Part shown: positions 8,370 through 17,100 of the stretch, piece by piece | How the letters are laid out: every line of letters begins with the position of its first letter | How positions within the stretch are numbered: position 1 is the stretch's first letter | Source: Fibrobacteria bacterium | GTDB lineage: Bacteria > Fibrobacterota > Fibrobacteria > UBA11236 | Direction: 5' to 3' | Length of the DNA stretch: 28,876 bases | NCBI GenBank assembly: GCA_043732185.1 | Contig: JAYTHY010000085.1 | Coordinates: forward strand, 1-28,876 | Translations under genes and position numbers: made by a program | The notes under the pieces: generated by a model | Database searches by the model: none | What the model saw: the letters and a program-made list of their open reading frames with translations, nothing else | What the model was told of the DNA's origin: nothing

Positions 8370-9341
8370 TCAATTGGCGGCTTTGATGATGGCGCCGATG
8401 ATCAGGGTGATGAGACCGATGGCGAAGAGAATGGCACCCACCGTCATGCCCACCACGAAAATAACGGCGCCCATCGAAACGAATAATGCACTGGCACCGA
8501 AGGTTAGTACACTAATGCCCAGTAGCTTGGCTCCAATACGAATGGGTTTTGATCCGGGTTCGGAGGTTTGTTCGAATTGGGAGGAGGTTAGGGATCCATC
8601 CTCCGAATTGGCAGCCGCCAGTTGGTCCCGGTAACGCCAGAAGGCCTCTCCACCCGACGCTGCCGCCATTTCCGCCGAGGAAATATCCGCCCGGGAGGGT
8701 TCTGAAGCGCGACGCACTTTTTCCACGTACTCATCGATGATCACGCCTGGATCATTGTTCGACATCCTAAAGGAAGCCTGGGTCATCATGGATCGAAGTT
8801 GGGTGCGACGCGCCCGCGAAACGCCTGCCAGGGCTGCCTGATCATCCAACGATTCCGCAATATGCATGGCCAAGCCCGGATGTTCCCGCAGCGTTTTTCG
8901 GATGGCGCTTTTTTCATCCGCAGCCAACTTGGAAAGCGATTCGGTGACTTCAAAAACCGAGGCGTCAATGGTATCCAGATTCTGCGCGATGCGCTGTTGC
9001 ATTCCGGGATGGAATTGTCCCTCTTCGGAAAGGTCGCGAAAGGACTGGGTAAGCAAGAGGCTGTGCAAAATTTCCTGAAATTGCTTTTCTGCGGGTTCCA
9101 ACCGGTTCCGAACGGCCTCGGTCAGGGGCTTGCCCGTGGCTGTCTGGGTGAATCCTTCCACGAACCGGGACTGGCGAACCCGATCCAATTGACTGTCGAG
9201 ATTGGCCAGATAATCATCCATGTTTTCGGGTTGATGACCCTTGCGGACGGTTTTGGCGCTGGGTGCACACCCCTCAATACCTCCGAGGGCGGCGCCTGCC
9301 GTCATGCCTATTCCGATTTTTAGGGCTTTGCGTCTGTCCAT
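8370..9341 (-). CDS. Hypothetical Tat-exported lipoprotein with a C-terminal transmembrane hairpin
   Basis: MDRRKALK twin-arginine motif, h-region and Cys25 in IEGC. Helical body, two hydrophobic C-terminal segments and a GAGG RBS. Confidence 0.75.
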   Translation of the reverse strand: MDRRKALKIGIGMTAGAALGGIEGCAPSAKTVRKGHQPENMDDYLANLDSQLDRVRQSRFVEGFTQTATGKPLTEAVRNRLEPAEKQFQEILHSLLLTQSFRDLSEEGQFHPGMQQRIAQNLDTIDASVFEVTESLSKLAADEKSAIRKTLREHPGLAMHIAESLDDQAALAGVSRARRTQLRSMMTQASFRMSNNDPGVIIDEYVEKVRRASEPSRADISSAEMAAASGGEAFWRYRDQLAAANSEDGSLTSSQFEQTSEPGSKPIRIGAKLLGISVLTFGASALFVSMGAVIFVVGMTVGAILFAIGLITLIIGAIIKAAN

Positions 9342-9348
9342 ACGTACC

Positions 9349-9648
9349 TCACCTTGACGTGTTCAAACTTGTGAAAATCATTACATTAAACATCAAAGTG
9401 ACTAGGCAGGCAATGCCGATCACGATGCCGATTATTGCACCATCCGTGAGTTCCCGCTGGACGGTGCTATCCGCAGCTATTCCGCCGGAATCCCGGGAGA
9501 TGAATGTGGAGTCCTTGATTCCAGCCGGATCCTGATCTGGACGGTTAGGATTCGCCAGGCAAAGCTGCGTGCTTAGTGCCAACAGAAAAAAAACTGCCAG
9601 CTTCGCAATGAAATTTCCAATTCCCGTCCCGTTCATGGCCACATCCAT
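9349..9648 (-). CDS. Small hypothetical membrane protein (signal peptide plus C-terminal TM helix)
   Basis: Exactly fills the operon gap (TGA-ATG junction at 9649/9648). Hydrophobic segments LAVFFLLALSTQLCLA and GAIIGIVIGIACLVTLMF. Start may be ATG 9636. Confidence 0.65.
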   Translation of the reverse strand: MDVAMNGTGIGNFIAKLAVFFLLALSTQLCLANPNRPDQDPAGIKDSTFISRDSGGIAADSTVQRELTDGAIIGIVIGIACLVTLMFNVMIFTSLNTSR

Positions 9649-10494
9649 TCAGTTTCTCAAAAGTGCAAACGCTTCTTCCGGCGTGGAAATCGAAGCGCCC
9701 ACAAGGTTGCCGATTCTTCGTAAGGCACGGTATTGGACGTCTTCGAAAGTCTTTTGGATACCGGCGAGAAACCCCTGAAATTTTTCATCCACCTTTTGGC
9801 GGGCAAAAAGCTCATTCACGGGATGTTTCACCCGCCCGTTTTCTTGAAACCACAGGTATAGCACCTTTAAGGCATCCCTCCGGTCATGGTCCGGATTCAC
9901 GGACTTCACCAGCATTTTTTTCGCATAGGAGTAAAAACTGCTCGCATGCCTAGCCTCATCATTGGACAGATTCAGGGCGATGGCGGACAACACCGGTTCC
10001 GGACTGTGGATGTGCAGGTTGTAATAGTTGGCCGATGCGAACATTTCGGAAATGATGTTCGTGACCAAAGTTCCCATCCGCGACTTCATGAAAGGCGCCG
10101 TGCCCCGGCCCTGTAGAAAAAAGTTGTCATCCACCCTGATTCCGAAATGACCCAACCATTTCAACAGGGCATGGGGATGGCGGGTCTCTTCGTAAAACCA
10201 CACGGAAATCCATTGAGAAAAATCCGGATCGTCCCAAAAATCCTTGAGAAAGCGCTGGCTGGCGGTGAACGTGGTCAATTCTGAGGAGGCACTTTCGCGC
10301 ACCAGATTCAACCATTCCGGGGTCACCTTATCCTTTGCGATGGACTTCCACGGGATATCTTCCATGCGCCACCGCACGCGCTCCGCCTTTTCGGAAAGCC
10401 GGAAACAAAGCCGGTCTTCCGGCAGAATATCCACGGAGGAAACGGCGCCCGTTTTTGCCGGGTATGTGGTCGAAATGTTTTCCTCGATTGCCAT
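9649..10494 (-). CDS. Ferritin-like di-iron enzyme, soluble acyl-ACP desaturase-like
   Basis: Carboxylate/His ligand pattern E(SELTT)..WFYEETRH..E(ISEMF)..NDEARH, comparable to WTAEENRH/DEKRH of acyl-ACP desaturases. N-terminal WxxxDIPW motif. Confidence 0.8.
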   Translation of the reverse strand: MAIEENISTTYPAKTGAVSSVDILPEDRLCFRLSEKAERVRWRMEDIPWKSIAKDKVTPEWLNLVRESASSELTTFTASQRFLKDFWDDPDFSQWISVWFYEETRHPHALLKWLGHFGIRVDDNFFLQGRGTAPFMKSRMGTLVTNIISEMFASANYYNLHIHSPEPVLSAIALNLSNDEARHASSFYSYAKKMLVKSVNPDHDRRDALKVLYLWFQENGRVKHPVNELFARQKVDEKFQGFLAGIQKTFEDVQYRALRRIGNLVGASISTPEEAFALLRN

Positions 10495-10522
10495 TCAAAT
10501 CACTGTCCATTAAACTGAAATC

Positions 10523-10540
10523 CAATTTACATTAAAATTG
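10523..10540. promoter_or_regulatory. Inverted repeat upstream of the lipid operon, possible operator
   Basis: CAATTT-N6-AAATTG about 30 bp before the first operon start codon, in AT-rich DNA where chance matches are common. Confidence 0.25.
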
Positions 10541-10989
10541 AAAGTCTGAGTTCAATGTTAAAGTGCAGCACTTGGGAACATCAAATCCATACTTCAAAAT
10601 GCCGGGCTAAAACTTTACGATTTCAAGTATGGGTTCGATATGGGATGCACTTTAATGGGTTTGGGGTACAATTGCCTAACCGTTTTGAGCTTCTTACGGC
10701 GTTTTCGACCAAGCCTAGCCTAACCATAAAGCGTCCACTTAAATAGGCAGTGTACGCTGAATATCGGCGTTCCGGACCCATTTTATCTTTTCAGATACAC
10801 CAAGAATTATTTTGAGGCGATTTTCTTCAGGACTCTTTTCAGCTTCTGGACATGGGACGCGTAGTATAGGACATGGCGTTTAATCCTAAAACCATTAACA
10901 CGAAATTGAAGGTAAGTTGTAGAAAATATACTCCAAGTTTTTTTGGATAAACCCCGGTTCGGACGTGAACTCCCGTACACGAGTGAATC

Positions 10990-11442
10990 TTATTTCGAGC
11001 GAACAATCGTACGCAAAAGAACTGTGATAATGAAAGCTCCGGCGATAAAATGCATGGGTACAGTCAAAAGCACAAATCCTTTCGGAGCAAGAGAACCGTC
11101 CGGTAAGTTGGCTTTAAAATTGCCGAGGGTGCTGAGCAAGGTGAGGATCGAGGCTCCAATGCCGAAGACTAAGGGGGCGTTTTTCTTGAAAAGTTTAACG
11201 CCAATCCAAAAACCAATGCTGGCGACAATGGCCGGCAAAATGGAAGCCATGGTTATGCTCATGAGGTTGATCATTTGCGGCACCTTTGCCGCACCAATGG
11301 CCGGGGAAACCATGCCCCAAAGATTATTGACTATGGCAGCCAAAATGCCTGCTATGGCGCCGCCCTTTAGATAGGTAGGTAATTTGGCTGGCAGACCGGT
11401 TACCGATTCGGTGGTTGACATTGAGAGGGTTGCAGTATTCAT
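10990..11442 (-). CDS. Four-TM membrane protein, DUF6069-like
   Basis: Four hydrophobic helices, AAIVN, LLS and C-terminal MHFIAG motifs. AGGAG RBS. Confidence 0.7.
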   Translation of the reverse strand: MNTATLSMSTTESVTGLPAKLPTYLKGGAIAGILAAIVNNLWGMVSPAIGAAKVPQMINLMSITMASILPAIVASIGFWIGVKLFKKNAPLVFGIGASILTLLSTLGNFKANLPDGSLAPKGFVLLTVPMHFIAGAFIITVLLRTIVRSK

Positions 11443-11463
11443 AATAATCTCCTATACGTTAAG

Positions 11464-11485
11464 TGTATCTACATGTATAAAAACA
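11464..11485. promoter_or_regulatory. Candidate MarR operator
   Basis: Overlapping palindromes TGTA-TC-TACA (11464-11473) and TACATGTA (11470-11477) between marR and the downstream gene's RBS. Confidence 0.4.
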
Positions 11486-11494
11486 AAAAAAAGT

Positions 11495-11845
11495 TTATTC
11501 CTTCCGCAGACAATTCAGAACGGCACTGGCATGTTTAGCATCTTTCTCCGAAATCGGACTCATGGTTTCCAGCCATTTCGGCTCTTCTTTATCGAGTTTT
11601 GCCAAGAGATGTAATCCTTTGGTGGTGATGGAAACTTGAATGGCCCGGCGATCATCGGGATTTTCAACGCGCGTTACCAGCCCCTTGAGCAAGAGTTTGT
11701 CAATCAGGCGGGAAACATTTGACTTCCGATCGATCATTCGACTTGCAATCAGATTCGCAGAAACAGCTTTAGGACTTTGGCCACGTAGTATCCGCAAGAC
11801 ATTGAATTGCTGCGGGGATATTCCATAGGGCTTAAATCTGCGCAT
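11495..11845 (-). CDS. MarR-family transcriptional regulator; the homologous reading frame extends to about 11935 but is out of frame with upstream ATGs
   Basis: GISPQQFNVLRILRGQ, MIDRKSNVSRLIDKL and RVENPDDRR winged-helix motifs. The upstream in-frame segment reads LDKGFKSEKQKLALNVLFTAGWL. Confidence 0.88.
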   Translation of the reverse strand: MRRFKPYGISPQQFNVLRILRGQSPKAVSANLIASRMIDRKSNVSRLIDKLLLKGLVTRVENPDDRRAIQVSITTKGLHLLAKLDKEEPKWLETMSPISEKDAKHASAVLNCLRKE

Positions 11846-12076
11846 GGCCAGACAATCAAGCCAACCTGCCGTGAACAGGACATTCAGAGCCAGCTTCTGC
11901 TTTTCGCTCTTAAAGCCTTTGTCAAGAGGGGGGTGTCATTTTGATCGTTATTGGATTTTTCCATCCATCCAATTGGAAAAAATGCCGGTTTTCATCGTAG
12001 GCGAGGGCAGCTTCCCACATTTTCACGTGCAATGGAGAAGCGGAATTTGAAGATTGCCAGAAACGGGAGGCTAGAG

Positions 12077-12448
12077 CTACTTCATGGAATGCAGCCCAAC
12101 CTTATTTCCTTCGGTATCTTTAAAATGTGCCATAAACCCATTGTGACCGATCGCAGTTTTAGGAAGAATTACTTCACCACCCGCTTTCACAATTTTAGAA
12201 AGTACAGTGCTTAAATTTTTTCCAGCATTTAAATAAACCAAAGTTCCCGTTGCCGTCGGTTTATAGCCTTTACCAACAATTAAACAACCGCCGACGCTTC
12301 CGTTTTCCATATCTGCCGGGAAGAACGCGGATTTCATGCCCATCGCTTCCATCACCGCCATTTTTTGACCAAGGATCTTTTGGTAAAATTTTGTGGCCCG
12401 TTCAAGATCTTTAACCGGTATTTCAAACCAATTTAGTGCGTTCGGCAT
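12077..12448 (-). CDS. VOC/glyoxalase-bleomycin resistance family protein
   Basis: WFEIPVKDLERATKFY, GTLVYL, AGGEVILPKT and FKDTEGNKVGLHS motifs. Confidence 0.92.
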   Translation of the reverse strand: MPNALNWFEIPVKDLERATKFYQKILGQKMAVMEAMGMKSAFFPADMENGSVGGCLIVGKGYKPTATGTLVYLNAGKNLSTVLSKIVKAGGEVILPKTAIGHNGFMAHFKDTEGNKVGLHSMK

Positions 12449-12686
12449 GAGATTTCCCTTCGAATGAGTGATTATGTGGCAGTTACCACAACAAAAAAAT
12501 TAGCAAACAACTGGACAAATAAGCGCTCGGGCAAAAGGAGTTTAGGCCTACATTTTGCCTGCATTAAAAAAGAATCCTCCTGAAACATTTTGAGTCTTCT
12601 TTCCGACTAAACAGGATAGCAACAATGAAATCGAATGATTTCCGACTTTATCCACAAAAATATGGTTATCATCACTAGAGGGATTA

Positions 12687-13742
12687 ATGCAGAATACGGA
12701 AAACGTCCGAAACGACATCCAGGAATACTATGGAAAGGTCCTGAAAAGCACTCTGGACCTCAAGACCAATGCCTGCTGCACAAGCGAGTCCATACCCGAG
12801 CGCCACCGAGCCATCCTGTCGGAGATTCCATCCGAAATCCTGGAAAAGTTTTACGGCTGCGGCTCGCCCATACCCCCAGATCTGGAAGGGAAGATTGTGC
12901 TCGACCTGGGTTGCGGTAGCGGACGGGATGCGTACTTGATTTCCAAATTGGTGGGGCCGGGTGGCCGAGTCATCGGCATCGACATGACCCGAGAGCAATT
13001 GCAAACGGCCGAAAAGTATGTCGTACCCCAAATGAAATTCTGGGGATTTCTGAAAGCCAATCTGGAATTCCGTCAGGGGTATATCGAGGACTTGGCTGCA
13101 GCTGGCATCGAGGATAGCTCTATCGACATCGTCGTCTCCAACTGTGTTCTAAACCTATCACCAGACAAGGAAGCGGTCTTCCGGGAAATTTTCAGGGTTC
13201 TGAAACCTGGTGGCGAGCTATTCTTTTCCGACCTATTCGCGGGACGGCGCATCCCGGAACACCTACAGGCTGATCCGGTGACCCGCGGGGAATGCCTAGG
13301 GGGAGCGCAGTACTGGGAGGATTTCCGCAGGCTTATGCGCAAGGCCGGGTGGCTGGATTTCCGGTTCATATCTAAACGCAGAATGGCATTGGAGAATTCC
13401 GAACTCGAAGCCAAGGTCGGCATGATAGATTTCTATTCCGCGACTGTCCGAGCTTTCAAGATTGCGAACTTGGAAGATATCTGCGAGGACTATGGACAAA
13501 CCGCCGCCTATCTAGGGACTCTCCCTGATATGCCGCATGCCTTCGCACTGGATGATCATCACCTGTTCCAAACGAGTAAGCCCATGTTAATTTGCGGCAA
13601 CACCGCCTCCATGCTTTCCGATACTCGCTTCGCCCGTCATTTCCGTATCACAGGGGATCGCACTATTCACTACGGCCCCTTCGACTGCGCGCCCGTATCC
13701 AGCGGCGAAAATCGCAGTCAGACCGGTAGCAGCTGCTGCTGA
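12687..13742 (+). CDS. arsM: Arsenite S-adenosylmethionine methyltransferase (AS3MT/ArsM type)
   Basis: YYGKVL..DLKTNACC, FYGCGSP, SAM motif LDLGCGSGRD, VSNCVLNL, GECLGGA and C-terminal CC. Confidence 0.85.
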   Translation: MQNTENVRNDIQEYYGKVLKSTLDLKTNACCTSESIPERHRAILSEIPSEILEKFYGCGSPIPPDLEGKIVLDLGCGSGRDAYLISKLVGPGGRVIGIDMTREQLQTAEKYVVPQMKFWGFLKANLEFRQGYIEDLAAAGIEDSSIDIVVSNCVLNLSPDKEAVFREIFRVLKPGGELFFSDLFAGRRIPEHLQADPVTRGECLGGAQYWEDFRRLMRKAGWLDFRFISKRRMALENSELEAKVGMIDFYSATVRAFKIANLEDICEDYGQTAAYLGTLPDMPHAFALDDHHLFQTSKPMLICGNTASMLSDTRFARHFRITGDRTIHYGPFDCAPVSSGENRSQTGSSCC

Positions 13743-14114
13743 AAAATGGAAAGTTAAGTATGACAAAGATCAAGAATGTGTTAGGCCAAACTCCTAAATG
13801 AGCAAAATATTGAGTCAGGCAAATACGAATAGGAATTAGCTTTTAATTCTCCTGATGGAGCGTCCCCTGACATCAAAGATGTCTGCCAACAAATTTTTGG
13901 AAATTGTACGAAAAAATCGGACAACTGAACCGTGGGGTTTTGCTTCGCCATGGCGGTGAAGAAAGCTTTTTTGCGGCTAAAACCCCCACTCCTCCCGACC
14001 CACCGAATCGGGATGCCTTGCTACTGCCGATTTACCCGGGAAAGCTGGAATTTAGGCTGAAAAATGGAGGGCTCGACATCAAATATTGGAGGCTTAATTA
14101 GATATATTTGGACT

Positions 14115-17100
14115 ATGCATAAAATGAATAAATTTATTTTCGCCTCTTTCGCGGCCCTGATAATGTTGAGTGTTCCAACACTCGGAGCTACTGCCGATAT
14201 TCTGCAAGCCAGTATCATCTACCATTCCGATGCAAGTCAAAGGGCCGTTGGATTTCGAAAGCAATTTCAAGTCCCAACAACGGGTGCCAATGCCAACTTG
14301 TTTATTTTTGCAGACAACCGTTATCAATTATGGATCAATGGACAATTTGTTTGGAGAGGTCCAGCACGATTTGATCCAAAGCGTCCTGAATACGATAGTT
14401 TGAACGTGGGCAGTTATTTGACGGCCGGTACCAATACCATTGCCGTACTCGTTTATGGCCATGTCACCAATAGTAACGGACTAGATAACCGAGGCAATGG
14501 ACGTTCGATGGACCATGCCCCCGGCCTTGCGGTGCAGGTCGTCGGGCAGGGTTTTAGCGTGTCCACGGACAATACCTGGCGGTGCAGCAACAATACCCGA
14601 TTCCGGCCTCCCGCGGTGGACTGGGCAGATGTCAAGGATAGAGTGGACGCTACTTTTGAAACCGGTGACTGGTTGTTGCCTGATTTTATTGACACAGCAT
14701 GGCCTACAGCCGTGGCGGTAGCGGGCAGTCAATGGGGGCTTCTGCATTCCCGCATCACTCCCTTGCTGCGTTCTACAGTAACACCGTATACCATAACCGG
14801 TCGCACTTTGCCTTTCCAAGTTACGGGGGCGACCACGCTTACCTTATCCCTGGCCCGCAACATTGTCGGGTATGTCGTTTTGGATTTTGACGCCGATGCA
14901 GGCAGTGTCATCGTGGTAGGCGGTCGCCATCAATATACGGCGCGTGCCGGCCGGCAAACCTATCTTACCGGCGAGGCATTCGGTTCCGGTAGCCAATCCG
15001 ATGTCAATACTTTGAGTCTGACAATACAGGTAAACTCCGGCCGAGTTAATTTTTTCGACATCAAGATTTTCAATTACATCTATCCTTTCGACCGGGCAGC
15101 CAGTTTTACCAGCAACGATGCCATGCTTAACCGGTACTGGGAAGTGATGGCGCATTCCCTTCCCCAAATGAGTGAGGACGGGTATGAGGACTGCCCGTGG
15201 GAGAGGGCAGAATGGATGGGTGGCATGGACCATGTGTACGATTTTACGCGCGTAGCCTTTAGTGCTCCTGGTCCCAATGGGTCGCCCGTGTACGGCGATT
15301 CCCGCTTGATGGCCAAGATGATTATGGATATCGGGCAAAGCCAGCAGGCGGATGGCCGTATCAAAGCCCATCATCCATCGGATCGTTGGGATATTCATGG
15401 ATACATTGAAGATTACAATTGCGTTTGGATGTGGGATATTTGGCAGCACTATCAAGTGACCGGTGACAAAGCCTTTGTAGCGGAGCTTTGGCCGGTAGTG
15501 CAAAAGCAACTCAAATTGTTCCAAGACAGCATCAAAACAAATGGCCTAATCAATGCACGGGAATTTTTCATTTTCGACAACCCCTACGCCTATCAAGTGT
15601 GTCAGGGCGCGACTTTAAACGCCTTTCTCTACAAGGCGCTGTTGGCAGCCGCTAGCCTGGCAGGGGTTGTCCAATCCCCGGCCGATTCTATCAAGTATGC
15701 GGGAATGGCCATGGCTTTGAAAAACTCTTTTAATTCCTTATTGTGGGATCCGGTCGCCGGGACATTTAAGGGCCGTGTGGGAGGCAATGTAACTTTGCAT
15801 GCGGCGGTAACCGCCCTTTACAGCGGTATCGTTTCCCAGGCCAACTTGCCTTCCACGCAGAGTTGGCTTTTGCGCCAGGATGCCGGTCCGATCGCCTTCC
15901 CGTGGATTTTCAATTACTGGTTCCGGGATCTCTACTCCATGAACAGCGATGTGGCCGATCAGGCAGCGCTACAGATCATCCGGACAAAATTCAACAATAC
16001 CTGGAACGCCAATAATCCTGGTTATGTCACATCGGAAGCAAATAATGGAGGACGAAATTTCCATTGTTACGGAATGGTACCCGGTTATTTTTTTGGCGCC
16101 TATTTACTGGGAGTTCAGGCCGATCTCCCGGTTTCCAATAAACGCATATCCATTCAGCCCAGACTGGGCGATCTGACGTCGGCATCCGGAACTGTGGTGA
16201 CCGAGCACGGCTTGGTTCCCGTTACATGGGCAAGGTCAGACACTTCCCTGGATTTTACCTGCAACGTGCCGACCGGCACCACGGCCCGTATGAGCCTTCC
16301 TGTATCCGGTAGAACACGTCTAGTGGTGGATGGCCTGGTGAAACTGGCTTGTGGTGTGCCACCTGCGGCCGGCGTGAGTGTAGATAGCCGCTCTGTAAGC
16401 TTGGACTTGGGGCCAGGCCCGCATACCGGCCATTTTGGGAGCCCATCAAAAAATCTAGCGCTGAATACGGCCGTCAGCGCTTCCAGTTCAGTTACCGGGA
16501 GTGGGTGGTCAACGGCCAATGCTACGGACGGATTACAACAAAGTCTGGTCAGTTCCCTGGGTTGGAGCAGCAGCTCCAACTTGACGGTTAGCCATCGGGA
16601 ATGGGTGGCAGTCGACTTGGGCTCGGCAGCGCAGGTCGATCAGGTTGTCCTCTATCCGCGTACGGATGCGGGCAGCATCGGGTACGGTTTTCCACAAGAC
16701 TTTACCATACAGGTTTCCAAGGACAGTCTGACTTGGGACACGGTAGCCACCCTGGTAGGCTATGCTTTGCCCTCCGGAGTCGCCCAGCGCTTCGCCTTCG
16801 CAGCCCGCCCTACCGTGCGCTATGTGAAAATAGACGGAACGCTACTGCGTCCAAATCCAAACGATGCCAATCAATACCGCATGCAGTTTGCGGAAATCGA
16901 AATCCCCGGCTTGGCCTGCCTTCCCGTGGGAATCCTTCCAGGGTTCGAACGTTTTTCTCAAAACGCTATTTCCGAGGAAGGCGTCGATGTCAGTGTTTTG
17001 GCTCTAAAATCCAGTGTAAAAACCATTAACCTGCATTTCCACCTGGTTGAAAAACTGACCGAGGTTTCCATCGGGCTTTATACCTCTAAAGGCCGCGAAG

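Noticed and set aside
2109..10494. Aryl polyene (ape) cluster or actual granadaene production
   Set aside because: No aryl-loading ligase, methyltransferase, glycosyltransferase or CylE-like gene is visible, so only the core resemblance to cyl is supported.
10495..10989. ncRNA, riboswitch or small ORF (10555..10746) in the long intergenic region
   Set aside because: I could not support any recognisable RNA motif, stable long hairpin or RBS-backed ORF by eye. An Rfam/Infernal scan would be needed.
13743..14114. Hairpin GACATC-AAA-GATGTC and ORF 13904..14101 between arsM and GH78
   Set aside because: The stem is short with no U-tract, and the ORF has no recognisable features.
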